Below are positions 27,901-40,848 of a DNA stretch of 64,000 nt, one piece after another. The stretch is from Octopus sinensis (taxonomy: Eukaryota): contig NC_043005.1 of assembly GCF_006345805.1 (NCBI RefSeq), positions 29,388,001 to 29,452,000 on the forward strand. Reading direction: 5' to 3'. The translations under genes were made by a program, and so were the position numbers. Every line of letters begins with the position of its first letter. The stretch's first letter is position 1. The notes under the pieces were generated by a model. That model was not told the DNA's origin. It searched no databases and saw only the letters and a program-made list of their open reading frames with translations.

Positions 27901-28783
27901 CCAAGTATACTCATCTAGAATTTGATACCAAGTATACTCATCAATAATTTGATACCATGTATACTCATCTACATTCTGATACCATGTATACTCATCTACA
28001 ATCTCATACCAACTATACTCATCTAGAATCTGATACCAAGTATACTCATCTACAATCTGATACCAAGTATACTCATCTAGAATTTGAAACCAAGTATACT
28101 CATCAATAATTTAATACCACGTATACTCATCTACATTCTGATACCAAGTATACTCATCTACAATCTCATACCAACTATACTCATCTAGAATGTGATACCA
28201 AGTATACTCATCTACAATCTCATACCAACTATACTCATCTAGAATCTGATACCAGCTATACTCATCTACATTCTGTTAGCAAGTATACTCATCTAGAATA
28301 TGATACCAAGTATACTCATCAATAATTTGATACCATGTATACTCATCTACATTCTGATACCAAGTATACTCATCTACAATCTCATACCAACTATACTCAT
28401 CTATAATCTGATGCCAAGTATACTCATCTAGAATTAGATACCATGTATACTCATCAATAATCTGATACCAGTTATACTCATCTACATTCTGATACCAAGT
28501 ATACTCATCTACAATCTCATACCAACTATACTCATCTAGAATCTGATACCAAGTATACTCATCTACAATCTGATACCAAGTATACTCATCTAGAATTAGA
28601 TACCACGTATACTCATGAATAATTTGATAGCATGTATACTCATCTCCATTCTGATTCCAAGTATACTCATCTACAATCTGATACCAAGTATACTCATCCA
28701 GTATTAGATACCACGCATACTCATCAATAATTTGATACCATGTATACTCATCTACATTCTGATACCAACTATACTCATCAATA
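12969..28783. repeat. 27-bp tandem array (~585 units) with higher-order structure
   Basis: Unit approx. GATACCAAGTATACTCATCTACAATCT with recurrent variants (...TAGAATTA, ...TACATTCT, ...CAATAATTT); 9-aa periodicity in the ORF track; no TE or microsatellite insertion seen inside. Confidence 0.98.
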
Positions 28784-28844
28784 AAAAAACAAATTAAAAC
28801 AATGAAGGATTTCGGAAAATGGCTTATTTTTTCTTTTACTTGTT

Positions 28845-29050
28845 TCAGTCATTTGACTGTGGCCATGCTGGGGCACCACCTAGAATAATTTATTTTTTTC
28901 AGTTGAATGAATCCACCCCAGCACTTATTATTTATTAAAGCCCAGTACTTATTCTATCAGTCTATTTTGCTGAAGTGCTAAGTTATGAGGACAGACATAA
29001 ACCCACCAACACTGATTGTCAAGTGGTGATGGGGGACAAACACAGACACA
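28845..29050 (-). mobile_element. SINE family A 3' fragment
   Basis: CTTGTTTCAGTCATTTGACTGTGGCCATGCTGG is the reverse complement of the family A tail. Confidence 0.75.
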
Positions 29051-29295
29051 AAGTCACACACATAGCTATATATATATATATATAAAATAAGGGTGAAAAA
29101 ATTGGATATTAATTTAATAACATCAATTTAACACCAAGTGGTTTAGCGCATAAAAACTAGGATTCAGTAAATATTAATACACAAATATAAGAGAGAATCC
29201 TTGAGAACAATTCTTGGTGGTTGAGACCATTGCGGATCTATTTTTAGCGCAAGAGCGTCCACATAGTGGATTCTCTCTTATATTTGTGTGAATAT

Positions 29296-30100
29296 ATATA
29301 TATATATATATATATAAACGGCAGTTTGTCCGTCTGTGTGTCTGTCAGGTTGTACCCTCACCCTGACCACGGCTTTCAACCGATTCTGATGAAACTTGAC
29401 ACACACGTAGCCCTATGTCATAGTTCAAAACTAACGCAGCGAAAATTTTGAAAAGTTCCCCTAATTCTGAAAAAAAATCGATAAATTCGACATGGGTGGA
29501 GAATCTAAGCTTTTTATATGCAACACATTTTCTACAGACTGTCTAGGGGACGCAACTCGACCTTTTTAACTCTCGGAACACGTGGGGTAAGTATCCCAAA
29601 ATGTATAAAAATGTACAAAAATGGCAAAAAAGCGGGCAGCAATGTGAGTGACAACAACGAAAAAGTCAAAAGTGACCAAACTGAACAAACGAATGGAAAA
29701 GGATTTTTTGGTGCACACGACAAAAGCGGTTTATAATAAACCAAGAGTTTGCAAGTAGCGTCCGAGGATTCTTAGGGTACGTCAAAAATTTAAGGTAAAA
29801 CATTTGGGGTGGTAGTTATAAAGAAAGTGTAAACAAAAAAAGTATTCGAATAACTTGCGGCTGCAGCAGCTATTAGCAGAAGTGGCGGTGTTGGGGTAAA
29901 GTCTCGAATGTAATTTCTTCCTGGTAGGAATTGGTTGGGTTGAATTATCGATATCTGTTTGATAGTTATTTGGGAGTGAAGAGAAGAAATTGCAACCTAC
30001 ACATGTGCCTTCGTTCCCTAGAGGGAAAGGACTAGATTGGGATTAGTTGTTGCCTACTAGGGGCTCTTACATACCCGGGCAACGCCGGGCTATGCTGCTA

Positions 30101-30101
<1 letters not shown>
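29296..30101 (+). mobile_element. Non-autonomous Helitron/DINE-1-like element
   Basis: 5' GTCCGTCTGTGTGTCTGTC and ACCGATTCTGATGAAAC; 3' hairpin CCCGG-GCAACG-CCGGG (30074-30089) and CTAG|T (30098-30102). Confidence 0.7.
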
Positions 30102-30143
<42 letters not shown>

Positions 30144-30144
<1 letters not shown>

Positions 30145-30497
30145 TGACACTCAGTCGGTTACGACGACGAGGGTTCCAGTTGATCCGATCAATGGAACAT
30201 CCTGCTCGTGAAATTAACGTGTAAGTGGCTGAGCACTCCACAGACACGTGTACTCTTTACGTAGTTCCCGGGGAGATTCACGTGACAAGGCTACGACAGA
30301 AACAGGAAGAAAGAGTGAGGGAAAGTTGTGGTGAAAGTGTACAGCATGGTTCGCCACCCCTCAGCCCCCCGCCAGATCCTCGTGCAGCTTTAGGTGTTTT
30401 CGCTCGATATACACTCACAACGCCCGGTCTAGGAATCGAAACCGCGATCCTACGACCGCGAGTCGCTGCCCTAACTATTGGACCATTGCGCCTCCAC
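30144..30497 (-). mobile_element. tRNA-derived SINE, family C
   Basis: Reverse complement of the 46604-46957 copy; head GTGGAGGCGCAATGG..AGTGGTTAGGG, B-box-like GGTTTCGATTCC. Confidence 0.88.
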
Positions 30498-30527
30498 ACA
30501 CACACACACACACACACATACACACAC

Positions 30528-30578
<51 letters not shown>

Positions 30579-30803
30579 AACCTACGTATACCTACATACT
30601 TACATGTGTATACGTATATACATATGCATATGTAGGCACAGGACGTCATAAAACGTAAACAACAAAAAATACGAAGTACGAAGACATGGAATATGAACTT
30701 TCTTTGCAAGCAACGAAAGAAACAAATGGAAAACAACACAAAGAACGACCCTTCATCAGTTGTTTTTCTTATCCGTACACACACACACACACACACACAC
30801 AGA

Positions 30804-31188
30804 GGCGCAGGAGTGTTGTGTGGTAAGTAGCTTGTTTACCAAGCACATGGTTCCGGTTTCAGTGCTACTGTGTGGCACCTGGAGCAAGTGTCTTCTACTA
30901 TAGCCTCGGTCCGACCAAAGCCTTGTGAGTGGACTTGGTCGACGGAAACTGAAAGAAGCCCGCCGTATATATATGTGTGTGTGTCTGTCTGAGTTTGTCC
31001 CTCCACCATCGCTTGACAACTGATGGAGGTGTGTCTACGTCGCCGTAACCTAGCGGTCTGGCACTAAGAAGCTGAAAGAATAAGTATTAGGCTCACAAAG
31101 AATAAGTCCTGGGGTCGATCTGTTCGACTAAAGGCGGTGCTCCAACATGGCCGCAGTCAAATGACTGAAATTAATAAAAGAATAAGAG
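30804..31188 (+). mobile_element. SINE family A, near full length
   Basis: GGCGCAGGAGTG head through ...GACTGAAAT tail. Confidence 0.88.
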
Positions 31189-33027
31189 AATATATATATA
31201 ATTTTTGGAATAGTAGATCTCGAAGTACATAAGGTTATAAATCATAGCGTGCAAATATTGGGTTAAAAACATTCCCTGGATAGAAAAAGTCGAAAACGTC
31301 TCATAGGACTGAAACCGTATTGCTTGTAAACGTGACAGGCATAAGCCATCGACTTTATCTTTTATTGAAACTTTATTCTTACCAACGAGAGTTGCATGAC
31401 GTTGGAGTCATAAAAATGTATAAACTTTGAGAGGACGGGAAACGTTTACGGGAGACGTGAGTTCGAGCCTCACGGGTATCCTTACACTTTTTCTAATACT
31501 TTTTAAGGCCAAGTATTTACACATTATTGTTTATAGCTTTATCTGATTCGTGATCTACCGCCACAGAAACGTATTATTTCACGTTCTCTCTGACAATTAT
31601 ATATTTCGGAGATGAATTTTTCTGAGAAGTGGTTTAATCGCAGACAGTGTGTCGAAGCCAAAACGATTACGAGTATTACGCATTGAGAATCACACAAAGT
31701 CTGTGAGCTTATATATAAGCCCCTGGTCTTTGTGTGTCTCCAGCCATTTGCTGTGGAACTGTGTCACTGACCCGATCGCTGTTGGCACGGCAACAAATTT
31801 AACACCAAATGATAAACGTATGATTAACAATAATTGTGTTTTGGAATAGCAAATATGTCTTCCACTCACACACACACACATACGCGCATACACACATACA
31901 TACACACACTTACACACACATACATACACATATACACACCCACATACACGCATACACACATACATACACACACATACATATACACATACACGCCCACATA
32001 CACACCCACATACACACCCACACACATACACACACGCGTATACACTCACTCGCATACACACACGCATACACACGCGCGCGCGCGCACAATTTATTTCAGG
32101 TATATATTTCATTTAATAGAGGTGTTACGTGGTTGCGTGATTGCGTGATTAAGAATGTCACATCTTGCTCAACAACAACAATAAAGGCAGTCACTTGTCA
32201 TTTTAAGCGAGAAACGTCGAGCATAAGTCATTTCGGTGCTTCAGCGTAACGAGGTCCACATGAAATTAAAAGCGCTTAATTGGTCAAAAGAACGTAGTGA
32301 AAGTGTTTTCCTACAAAATGAAACCATCCAGGAATAAAATACGAATAATGAACTTTAGAACACCTGCGAGACATTATTAAACATCCCTTGTAATGTTTCC
32401 ATTCTAGCAACTTTATTTACAAAATAAATTAATAAAATGCATTATTAATGTGAGCAAAACATGCTTGTTAGCTACTCAGGTATATCGAGTGTTAATTCAT
32501 ACAAGGTTGCAACGATAACACAGCAAATACACAAGACACAATGCAAAATAAAAGGTTCTGCAAAATTAAAGGTTTATCACATTCGACTTGTTGTTTATGG
32601 TGAAGACCTGCATTACACAAACGGATGTCTGTGAAAGTGTATCAAAAGAGTTTATTGCAAAAGACTGTCATTGAAACTACAGCACATTTCCCTAGTAAAT
32701 TATCTTCCATGCAATTCAAGTTCAGATGAGCGCCTGAAACTGTGAGATTTACAGAAATAGATTTAGCGAAGGATTTCCTGGTCTTTCAAAAATACTTGCG
32801 ATTTTTTTGTTTTGTTTTGCTTTACAAAGAAGAAGCACTTTCAGTTTTTGACCCGGAAAACATATACATTTTGCAAGACAGATACTTGCTCTGTAATGGA
32901 ATCTTAGAAACGAAGAAGCGCTGACGTCTCTAATTTAAAAAAAAATGATTACGAAGTGTAAACAGATATACGATCATTGATTTTAAAGTTTTCAGAAGAG
33001 AAAAAGAAATAATCTCCCTTCTTGTGA

Positions 33028-33083
<56 letters not shown>

Positions 33084-33304
33084 GTGAGTGTGTGTAGATA
33101 TGTGCATACATACATACATACATACATACATACATACATACATACATACATACATACATACATACATACATACATACGTACATACATACGTACATACATA
33201 TATACATAAGTACATAAATGCCAACATGTCATTTTAATCTGCGCAGATTAAGATGACAAGATTCTTCTTTTTTCTCCACCGATATATGTGTGTGTGCGTT
33301 CGTG

Positions 33305-33369
<65 letters not shown>

Positions 33370-34130
33370 TTGTTTGTTTGTGTGGGTGTGTGGGTGTCGG
33401 TGTGTGGGTGTCGGTGTGTGGGTGTCGGTGTGTGTGTGTCGGTGTGTGTACAAGCATAAATGCACACACAACCACATACGCACATACGTACACATGCATA
33501 GAGATGTAAAATAAAAAGAAAATGGTGGCTTCATGAGTGTCACCGCTAAATTTCATGCTTCTGATTCTTCAAATACTTGTAGTTGGTAGGAATCTAATTT
33601 TCCTCAAATCATCTGAGAGTAAAGCCTAACGAGAAATTGCAGTTTAATGATATAAATTCCAACCATCTCTTACCAATCCTAAGAAAAATATTTTGCAATA
33701 TATGTGACGTTTGTCTTCTGGAGAGAAGTCATAGAATTCTACAGCCCATTATTACAATGATGCATTGCAAGATAGAATACTCTACAGACAGCATGTTAAA
33801 ATGCCCGTTCTAATATTGCCATGGTTCTTTAAACTATATAAATAAATAGTCCCCCTAGTACATATACCCTACAAGATCGTCAATAGGAACAAAGTAAAGG
33901 TGACATATAGTTGCATCGATAACTTCGCTGCTTTTATAGCAGCATAAATAAACATAATGTTTCCAATGCGGACGTGCAAAAAGCGCTTTTTTAATGCAAT
34001 TTTAACAACTCTAATATTATATTCTCAAAGATATATTTCTAAAACATTATATAAGTGCGCGTGTTTACATATAAGTAGGTATATACGTGTATATGAATAC
34101 AAACATATAAATATATGTATATGTAGTATC

Positions 34131-35929
34131 GTCATCATCATCATCATCATCATTTAACTCCGTTTTCCATGCCAGTTTGACAGGAGCTGGTCAGCTGAAG
34201 AGCTACTCGGGTTCCCTGTGTTGGCATGGTTTCTACGGCTGGATGCCCTTCCTAACGCCAACCATTTTACAGAGTGTATTAGGTGATTTTACGCTGCACG
34301 GGCATGGGTGCATTTACATGGCACCGGCAGCCATGAGCCCATGAGACTCGGATCGCTCGGCTGAAGAGGGACGCAGGAGACATGCCTGTATGTAAGGACA
34401 ACCACGATTTTACTTAGCTTGACGTGCCTTTTCAAGCACAGCAAACCTCCAGAAGTTTAGGTCCCTTGTCATCCTCTCTGTGAGGCCTAACACCTGAAGA
34501 TTCTTTCTCACTACTGCATTCCACATCTTCATGGGTCTACCTCTTCCATACATTCTGTCCAGAATGAGAGAGTCACACTTCTTGTTACAACTGTTTTCAT
34601 TCAAACACATTACATGACCGTACCAGATACTATTTCAGATACTCTGCATACACAGTTTTTGCTCTCAAATCATCTACACTCTGTCGTAAATGCACGCTGA
34701 CATTACCCATCCAGCGGAGCATGCTGTCTTAATTCATTTCTAGTCTTCGCATGTCTTTACAGCCCATGTCTCAATGCCATGTAGCATAGCTGTTCGCACA
34801 CAAGCAACATACAATTTGATTTTCACTCTGAGGGAAAGGCCCTTCGTTACTAACAGAGTTAGTAGTGCTCTGAACTTTGCCCAGCCCATTTTTATTCTAG
34901 CAGCTATTGTTTTCAGAATAACTTCCACCACTGCTAATTTGGTCATCTAAATAACGGAAGCTGTCTACTACTTCTAAGGAACTTTTCTGATTGAAGAGTT
35001 TATATTTTGTGCATTCCTGGTGTTTGATGGGCCTGCACATTTTCAAGATGTAAAGACTATTTTCTCTGTTAATCTTCCAGTGATACCGTTGCAGCTCTTA
35101 TGTGTCTATAGCTTTCACTGGGTGCGCCTTATGGAGTTTTTCCTGACACTTTTTCATTGAGCAGGGCCATCTCCCTGAAGGGAGCCGTAATTTGTCTGTT
35201 TTCCTACTTATCAATACTTTGGTCTTTGCTAAAGGCCCTTTGATTCCAGACTTTGTTTCCGTACCTGAAATTTCTTCTCTAGTTCTCGTAGTGATTCATC
35301 CACAAGAACAAGGTCATTGACATAGAGAGGCTCCCAATGGTACCTCTCTTAAATTCCTGTTATAGCTTCGAGGACATTGATAAACAAGAGAGGGCTGAGA
35401 ACCGATCCCTGGTGAATCCCTACTTGTACACTAAATTCCTTACTACACTCATTGGCAACTCTCATCTTACTGACAGCATCTCTATATATGGCTTGTACAA
35501 CTCTCACCAACCACTCATCTATCTCAAGCTTTCGCATTGTCTGCCAGATAAGGGAGTAGAGAACCCTGTCAAAGGCTTTCTCCATGTCAACAAAAGCCAA
35601 ATACATATTTTCGGCCAAGTATTTCTCTTGCAGCTGTTTCACCTGAAGGATAGCATCAGTGGTGTTTCTGCCTGTCACAAATCCAAATTGTATCCCATAT
35701 ATGCTCTCTTCCTAATTAATTGAGTTATGACCCTTCCTGTGACTTTCATCACCTGGTCCAGTAATCTGATGTCTCTAATTATTTCTGTTTAAGGTATCAC
35801 CTTTGCATTTTTAGCGGTTGACTACGATACTGCTACACCCATCGTTGGGTGTAGATGTATCGTAGACCACCTGATTAACAATACGCGAGACTAGGTCATA
35901 TCCCATTTCGCCCGATATTTTAATATTTT

Positions 35930-35930
<1 letters not shown>
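34131..35930 (-). mobile_element. RTE-clade LINE, 5'-truncated and disrupted
   Basis: AFVDMEKAFDRV, GIHQGSVLSPLLF, ARIKMGWAKF, GRGRPMK; 3' UTR ends in a (GAT)n tail at 34131-34152. Confidence 0.92.
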
Positions 35931-35967
<37 letters not shown>

Positions 35968-36007
35968 GTGTGTGTGGAAAGAAAGGGAGAGAAAGAGAGA
36001 GAGAGAG

Positions 36008-36048
<41 letters not shown>

Positions 36049-36173
36049 GGGAAGGAGAGAAACACGTCTACAAACCGAATATTGTGGATTCTACTACACT
36101 GTGAAAGCCCAGCGCTTGTATCAAACCGGTTAAACAGGGTGGCAGTTAATTATGTGTGTGTGTGTGTGTATAC

Positions 36174-36246
<73 letters not shown>

Positions 36247-36264
36247 GTATGTGTGTGTGTATAG

Positions 36265-36327
<63 letters not shown>

Positions 36328-36329
<2 letters not shown>

Positions 36330-36575
36330 GAGTAAACACATAAATGTGAAACAAGGTGGAAAAAAGAGTACTCAAATACCAGTGGTAGAGTAATATGCTT
36401 TATTTAAAGCAGCAGAAAATTCAACAAAACCTGTTACTCTGAGTTTCCCGTTGCCGTTCGTCGGACAGTTTTTGCATAAAATACTCCTTATTCCTTCGCA
36501 ATTAGGAATATGCAGCCTTCGAAACATATGTTGAAAATAAAAGAATTTTGTTAATTCGTCGTTCAACTCCATTCT
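36328..36575 (-). mobile_element. Probable PLE terminal fragment carrying an HHR
   Basis: Non-coding segment between microsatellites that contains the HHR motif at 36431-36468; PLE assignment is inferred from the HHR type. Confidence 0.5.
36431..36468 (-). ncRNA. Minimal type I hammerhead motif, core CCGACGA
   Basis: CUGU-CCGACGA-ACG(GCAA)CGG-GAA-ACUCAGAGU-A/ACAG; 4-bp helix I, GUA triplet, weak helix II. Confidence 0.6.
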
Positions 36576-36641
36576 TTCATATATTTATATATATATGTAT
36601 ATGTATATATACATATACTATATATATGTATACACACACAC

Positions 36642-36676
<35 letters not shown>

Positions 36677-37078
36677 ATATATATATATATATATAAACAT
36701 TATATATATATATATAATTGTGTATAGAATTATTTAACTTGTAATTAGTTTATTTGTTCAATTGTAGACCTAAATGCATATAAGTATATGGATATGTATG
36801 TGTTTTTACACATTGATTTATATGTTGATGTATAAATCTATGTGTATGTATGTATGTGTGTGTGTGTTTATATATATATATATTGGATATGTCTCCATAA
36901 ACAACATATCTCTCTTCAAGTGGGCCATGTTGTCCGATTCGTGATTTGAATGACTTTCCCTAGTGATGCTATTTAGTTAGACATGGCCTGGGCCAGTATT
37001 GGTCAAAACCTATCAATGTATATATATATGTGTGTGTAAGTTTTATACATATATGTAATATATATATATATATATATA

Positions 37079-37330
37079 CTAGCAGCTAAGCCCAGTTTCA
37101 CCCGCTCTGTTTGGGTGATATGGCTGTCATCGTTTTCGGTTAGGAATAATCTATAACAGCGTTTGTCAGCCTTATCATTTCTGGTCCCCTGTTTCGATTG
37201 GAGCCTCCAGCTATATGAAAATTCCCTGATTCTCTCCCACCCTTGCCAGAAAACAGATTCAGGTGTTGTGTAGAACCAAATTGTACGTAGTCTGTTTCTG
37301 AGAGCTATTGAATTGGACCTCTGTCTAATC
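37079..37330 (-). mobile_element. Helitron-like 3' end
   Basis: Plus-strand ACTAGCAGCTAAGCCC matches the reverse complement of the 30082-30102 terminus; inner boundary uncertain. Confidence 0.5.
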
Positions 37331-38609
37331 ATTAAAACATTTATTTAATTATGAACATATAAAGAAATTATACATTAATCCCTATTTTTGTAAGCAGTTG
37401 TATCCGTAAAAATTTTATTTGCAGAGAACAGAAATTGAAAGAAGATATATAAAATGGACGTGTGTATGTGTGTGTGTGTGCGTATGTGTGTGTGTGTGTG
37501 TGTGCGTGTGTGTGTGTGTTGTGTGTGTGTGTGTGTGTGTGCGTGCGTGCGTGGTTACGCATGTGTATGTGAGAGAGAAAGAGGGTGGTAAGGAGAGAGT
37601 GAGTGAAGGTGTGTGTCATGATGATTGAGGTATTTGTACGTAGTCTGTTTCTGTTTATTTGCAGAGAGCAGAAACCGAAAGAAGATATTTAAAATGGACG
37701 TGTGTGTGTGTGCGTGCGTGCCTCTGTGCTTGCGCATGTGTATGTGAGAGAGAAAGAGGGGGATAAAGAGAGATAGAGTGAGTGAGTGAAGGTGTGTGTC
37801 GTGATGATTGACGTCTTTTAAGGTAAACCCCACAAAGAGGTGAAAGAAGAGAGACAGTATAACGAAAGCTTTGGCTGACTGTCATCCTGTACTCCCTTTG
37901 TTGCTAGCGAAATGGTATATGCCTGCTGTGTGAGCAACTGGTTGTTATAATGGCGGAACAAACGGGAATTCCATTAGAAAAGTTTTAATAGATTTTCTCT
38001 GTAAGTATGGGGACTAAGAAAAAAATACTAACCGCATTCCAATGCATGCATCTGTCTCCATATGTGTGCCATTTTTCACGCGAATCCACCCACCCGTTGG
38101 GCTGTGAACCTCAAGACACGAAAGAATACAACGAACGCCCATGTCCAATTTATATTATAGATATATTATTTATATTAAGGGCATTATTATACATAAATGC
38201 CTCACGCTACGAGGGACTCTTAAAGTTAAAACTATAATAATAAACACATTTTTACCGAACGCGAGGGAATGCAACTCTCGAAGCGAGCATCTTAAAAACA
38301 GATTCAGCCGCAGATAAGATAAGTTCCTGCGTAAAGAATTTTGCAGTGATTGTGTTTGACAGAATTAATCAGGACATTGCTTTTTTGTGAAGAATTGTGT
38401 TTTCTGATAAGTTCTTTAGGCTTCAAATAAGACTTTAAAAAATACGCGCGCAAAGACACACAGAAATATATACACACGCACACGCACACACGCAAGCACG
38501 CACGCACACACACACACATACACAAGTGTCCGAGCGTTTTCTCTTCGGAGGATAACAGATTCAGGTTGAGCTAACGTTTCCGGCAATCCACCGCCATCCG
38601 GACGGACAC

Positions 38610-39345
38610 ACACACATGACAGAAGTAAATAGACACCCTTATAATCATTAAAATTTATTTAAATTTGAAATTATTTATTCATATTATTTATTAATTGTTA
38701 TAACGTAAATATTTAATATTTAGTAGATATGCCCTTTGCATTTTTCAATGCAAGGACCCTATTAGGCATATTACTGATCAGATGGTGACTATTCTCTAGC
38801 GGAATTTCTTGCTAAGTTTCATGCAGTTAATCTCAAAAGAACTGGCTTTGAAGATGCTTTCCTGTTCTTTTCATGAAGTGTCCTGTCCATTATGTCCTAT
38901 AGGTGTTCAATAGGGTTCACATCTGGTGACTGGGTTGGCAATGGAAGCTTTTTAATGCCATTCTCATCCAGCAAATCTTGGGTCATTTTAAGCGTGTGAC
39001 AAGGAACCCCATCATCCATAAATAGTCTTCTTTAATCATTTCACCATTGGAGAAGATTGGAAGGAGTTCTTTCTGCAATACGGACATGTATTTGAGTTTA
39101 TGTTTCCCTCACACTCCACCAGCCCTGATCAACCATTGCTCCAAATTGCTCCCCAGACCATCACAGAATAGCTGCCGTGTTTGATTGTTGACTGCAATCT
39201 TTTCACATCAAATTCTTGATCACAGAGTTTCCAGACCCACACTCGACCACTGTCAGGAAATACAGCAAATTTGGACTCATCAGAGGTTATGACAGTGTCC
39301 CAAAATCCTAGTGGCCTCTGCACCATCTCACTGGCCCAAATCATG
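38610..39345 (-). mobile_element. Tc1-family transposon, 3' part with one TIR
   Basis: VITSDESKF, VMVWGAI, FMDDGVPCH, PSQSPDVNPIEHL (DD34E-type); terminal CACATGACAGAAGTAAATAGACACCCT at ~38612-38639. Confidence 0.88.
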
Positions 39346-40848
39346 ATCCATACTTACATACATTCATGCATAGGTGCGCGTATATATGGCGCATGCATAT
39401 ATAGATAATGAATATAAAGAATGAGGTTGTATGAAGAACATTAAAACTGGTTTCTCTTAAAGTAACTCATGTCTACAAACAAATTCTTGTAAACGTCAAT
39501 GAGAACGCTAACGCTCTTAATTCAGTAAAAACAATAAATGTTGATGAATTAAATTCACAGCCGTAGTCATAAGATAAAAATCATTAGTTAAATTATTAAT
39601 TCTACTCAGACAGCATTCGGCTAATGAAACCATGGACGATATAAAAATTATAATTCAATATGGTATCTACCCATAAGTAGGTACTTATAAATTCGGCCGT
39701 TAACAATTAAGTATTTTCGTTTCGTTTTACAGTTATTTCACTTTGCAAATTTTGTTTGCCACAAGTATTATAGTTTGTTTGCATTTGATAAATTATCTAC
39801 GTAGTTGATTATCTTTTCAAGACCTTATTCATTTGGACTAGTGGTTCTAACTCGGGCTCCATATTGCCCCTGAAGGTCCATATAAAATTTTTGGGGGTCC
39901 GAGCAACAAAATAGTAATTTGGTGGTGGTGGGGATCTACAACAGTATTTTAAGGGCCTTTGAAAAAAAATTGAGTTAGTTATATGTATCGGTATCTATTG
40001 CAAGAAACTGCTAAATGTCTTTCTCCGGCGTTTTACATGGTTTAACCGTCACAAGTTAATGTCCGTAAAACAAAAGAGGAATTTTGAAAGGAGATTCTAT
40101 AAAACTAGTTTTAAACATGGAAAGACAATGGGGATCCCCCAGAGTAGAATAGTAATCAAAGAGTTCATAGGTAAAAAATGAATGAGAATCTCTGATTTAG
40201 TTACTTTTCAAACGTTTACTCTTATTGACTTTTTATGGCAGTTATTCTGACGACCATAAATTTTTTTTTTAATGAACCAGATCTTGTCATATGCTGATGA
40301 AAGGACTGTAAAATAGCACCGGTTGCAGTGTCTGATGCATCAATTACAGGCAAATGCTTTGCATCGGAGACACGGTGTGCAAGGAGGGATGCTGTAGAGA
40401 GAGTGTTTCCCAGCGTTGAAAACCTGAGTTAAGCATGTGCAAGTGAAACGAAATCATTCTCCATGCGGCGGGTCTGGAGAAGCTAGGTGAGTTGAGGCAG
40501 TAGTCCAGTGCGGTGAAGAATGAAACGGCATAACTTCAACCAGAATCGAATATTACATTATGGCAAGCCAAAAAAATTCATCCAAAATGAGGCGAGACAT
40601 TCGCGTTGAGTTCGGCTGCGCAAGCGTAAGGCATGACTACAGTATAATGAAGAAAAGAGGTAGCCATATTGGAAACATTTGCTGAATAACTTATTACAAA
40701 TATATATATATATTTGGAGGTGAAATATTTCCTGAAAAAATATTTCAACGTTCGGATCATCAATTTAGTGCTGTATATTTTATTGTGTGTGTTAGAAATG
40801 TATGATTAGATCAAATATAACAATCTATTCCTTGATGGTAGTTCACAC

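Noticed and set aside
12969-28783. CRISPR array
   Set aside because: Units are contiguous with no unique spacers, there are no cas genes, and the context is eukaryotic.
37412-37810. Local ~240-bp direct duplication
   Set aside because: Real, but largely (GT)n/(GA)n filler inside probable repeat DNA; no further signal.
39839-40190. hAT-type MITE (TAGTGGTTCTAACTCGGG start)
   Set aside because: Only one degenerate end; no matching TIR or TSD found.
40293-40345. CTGATGA followed by a stem-loop
   Set aside because: No GAAA after the stem and no helix I partner.
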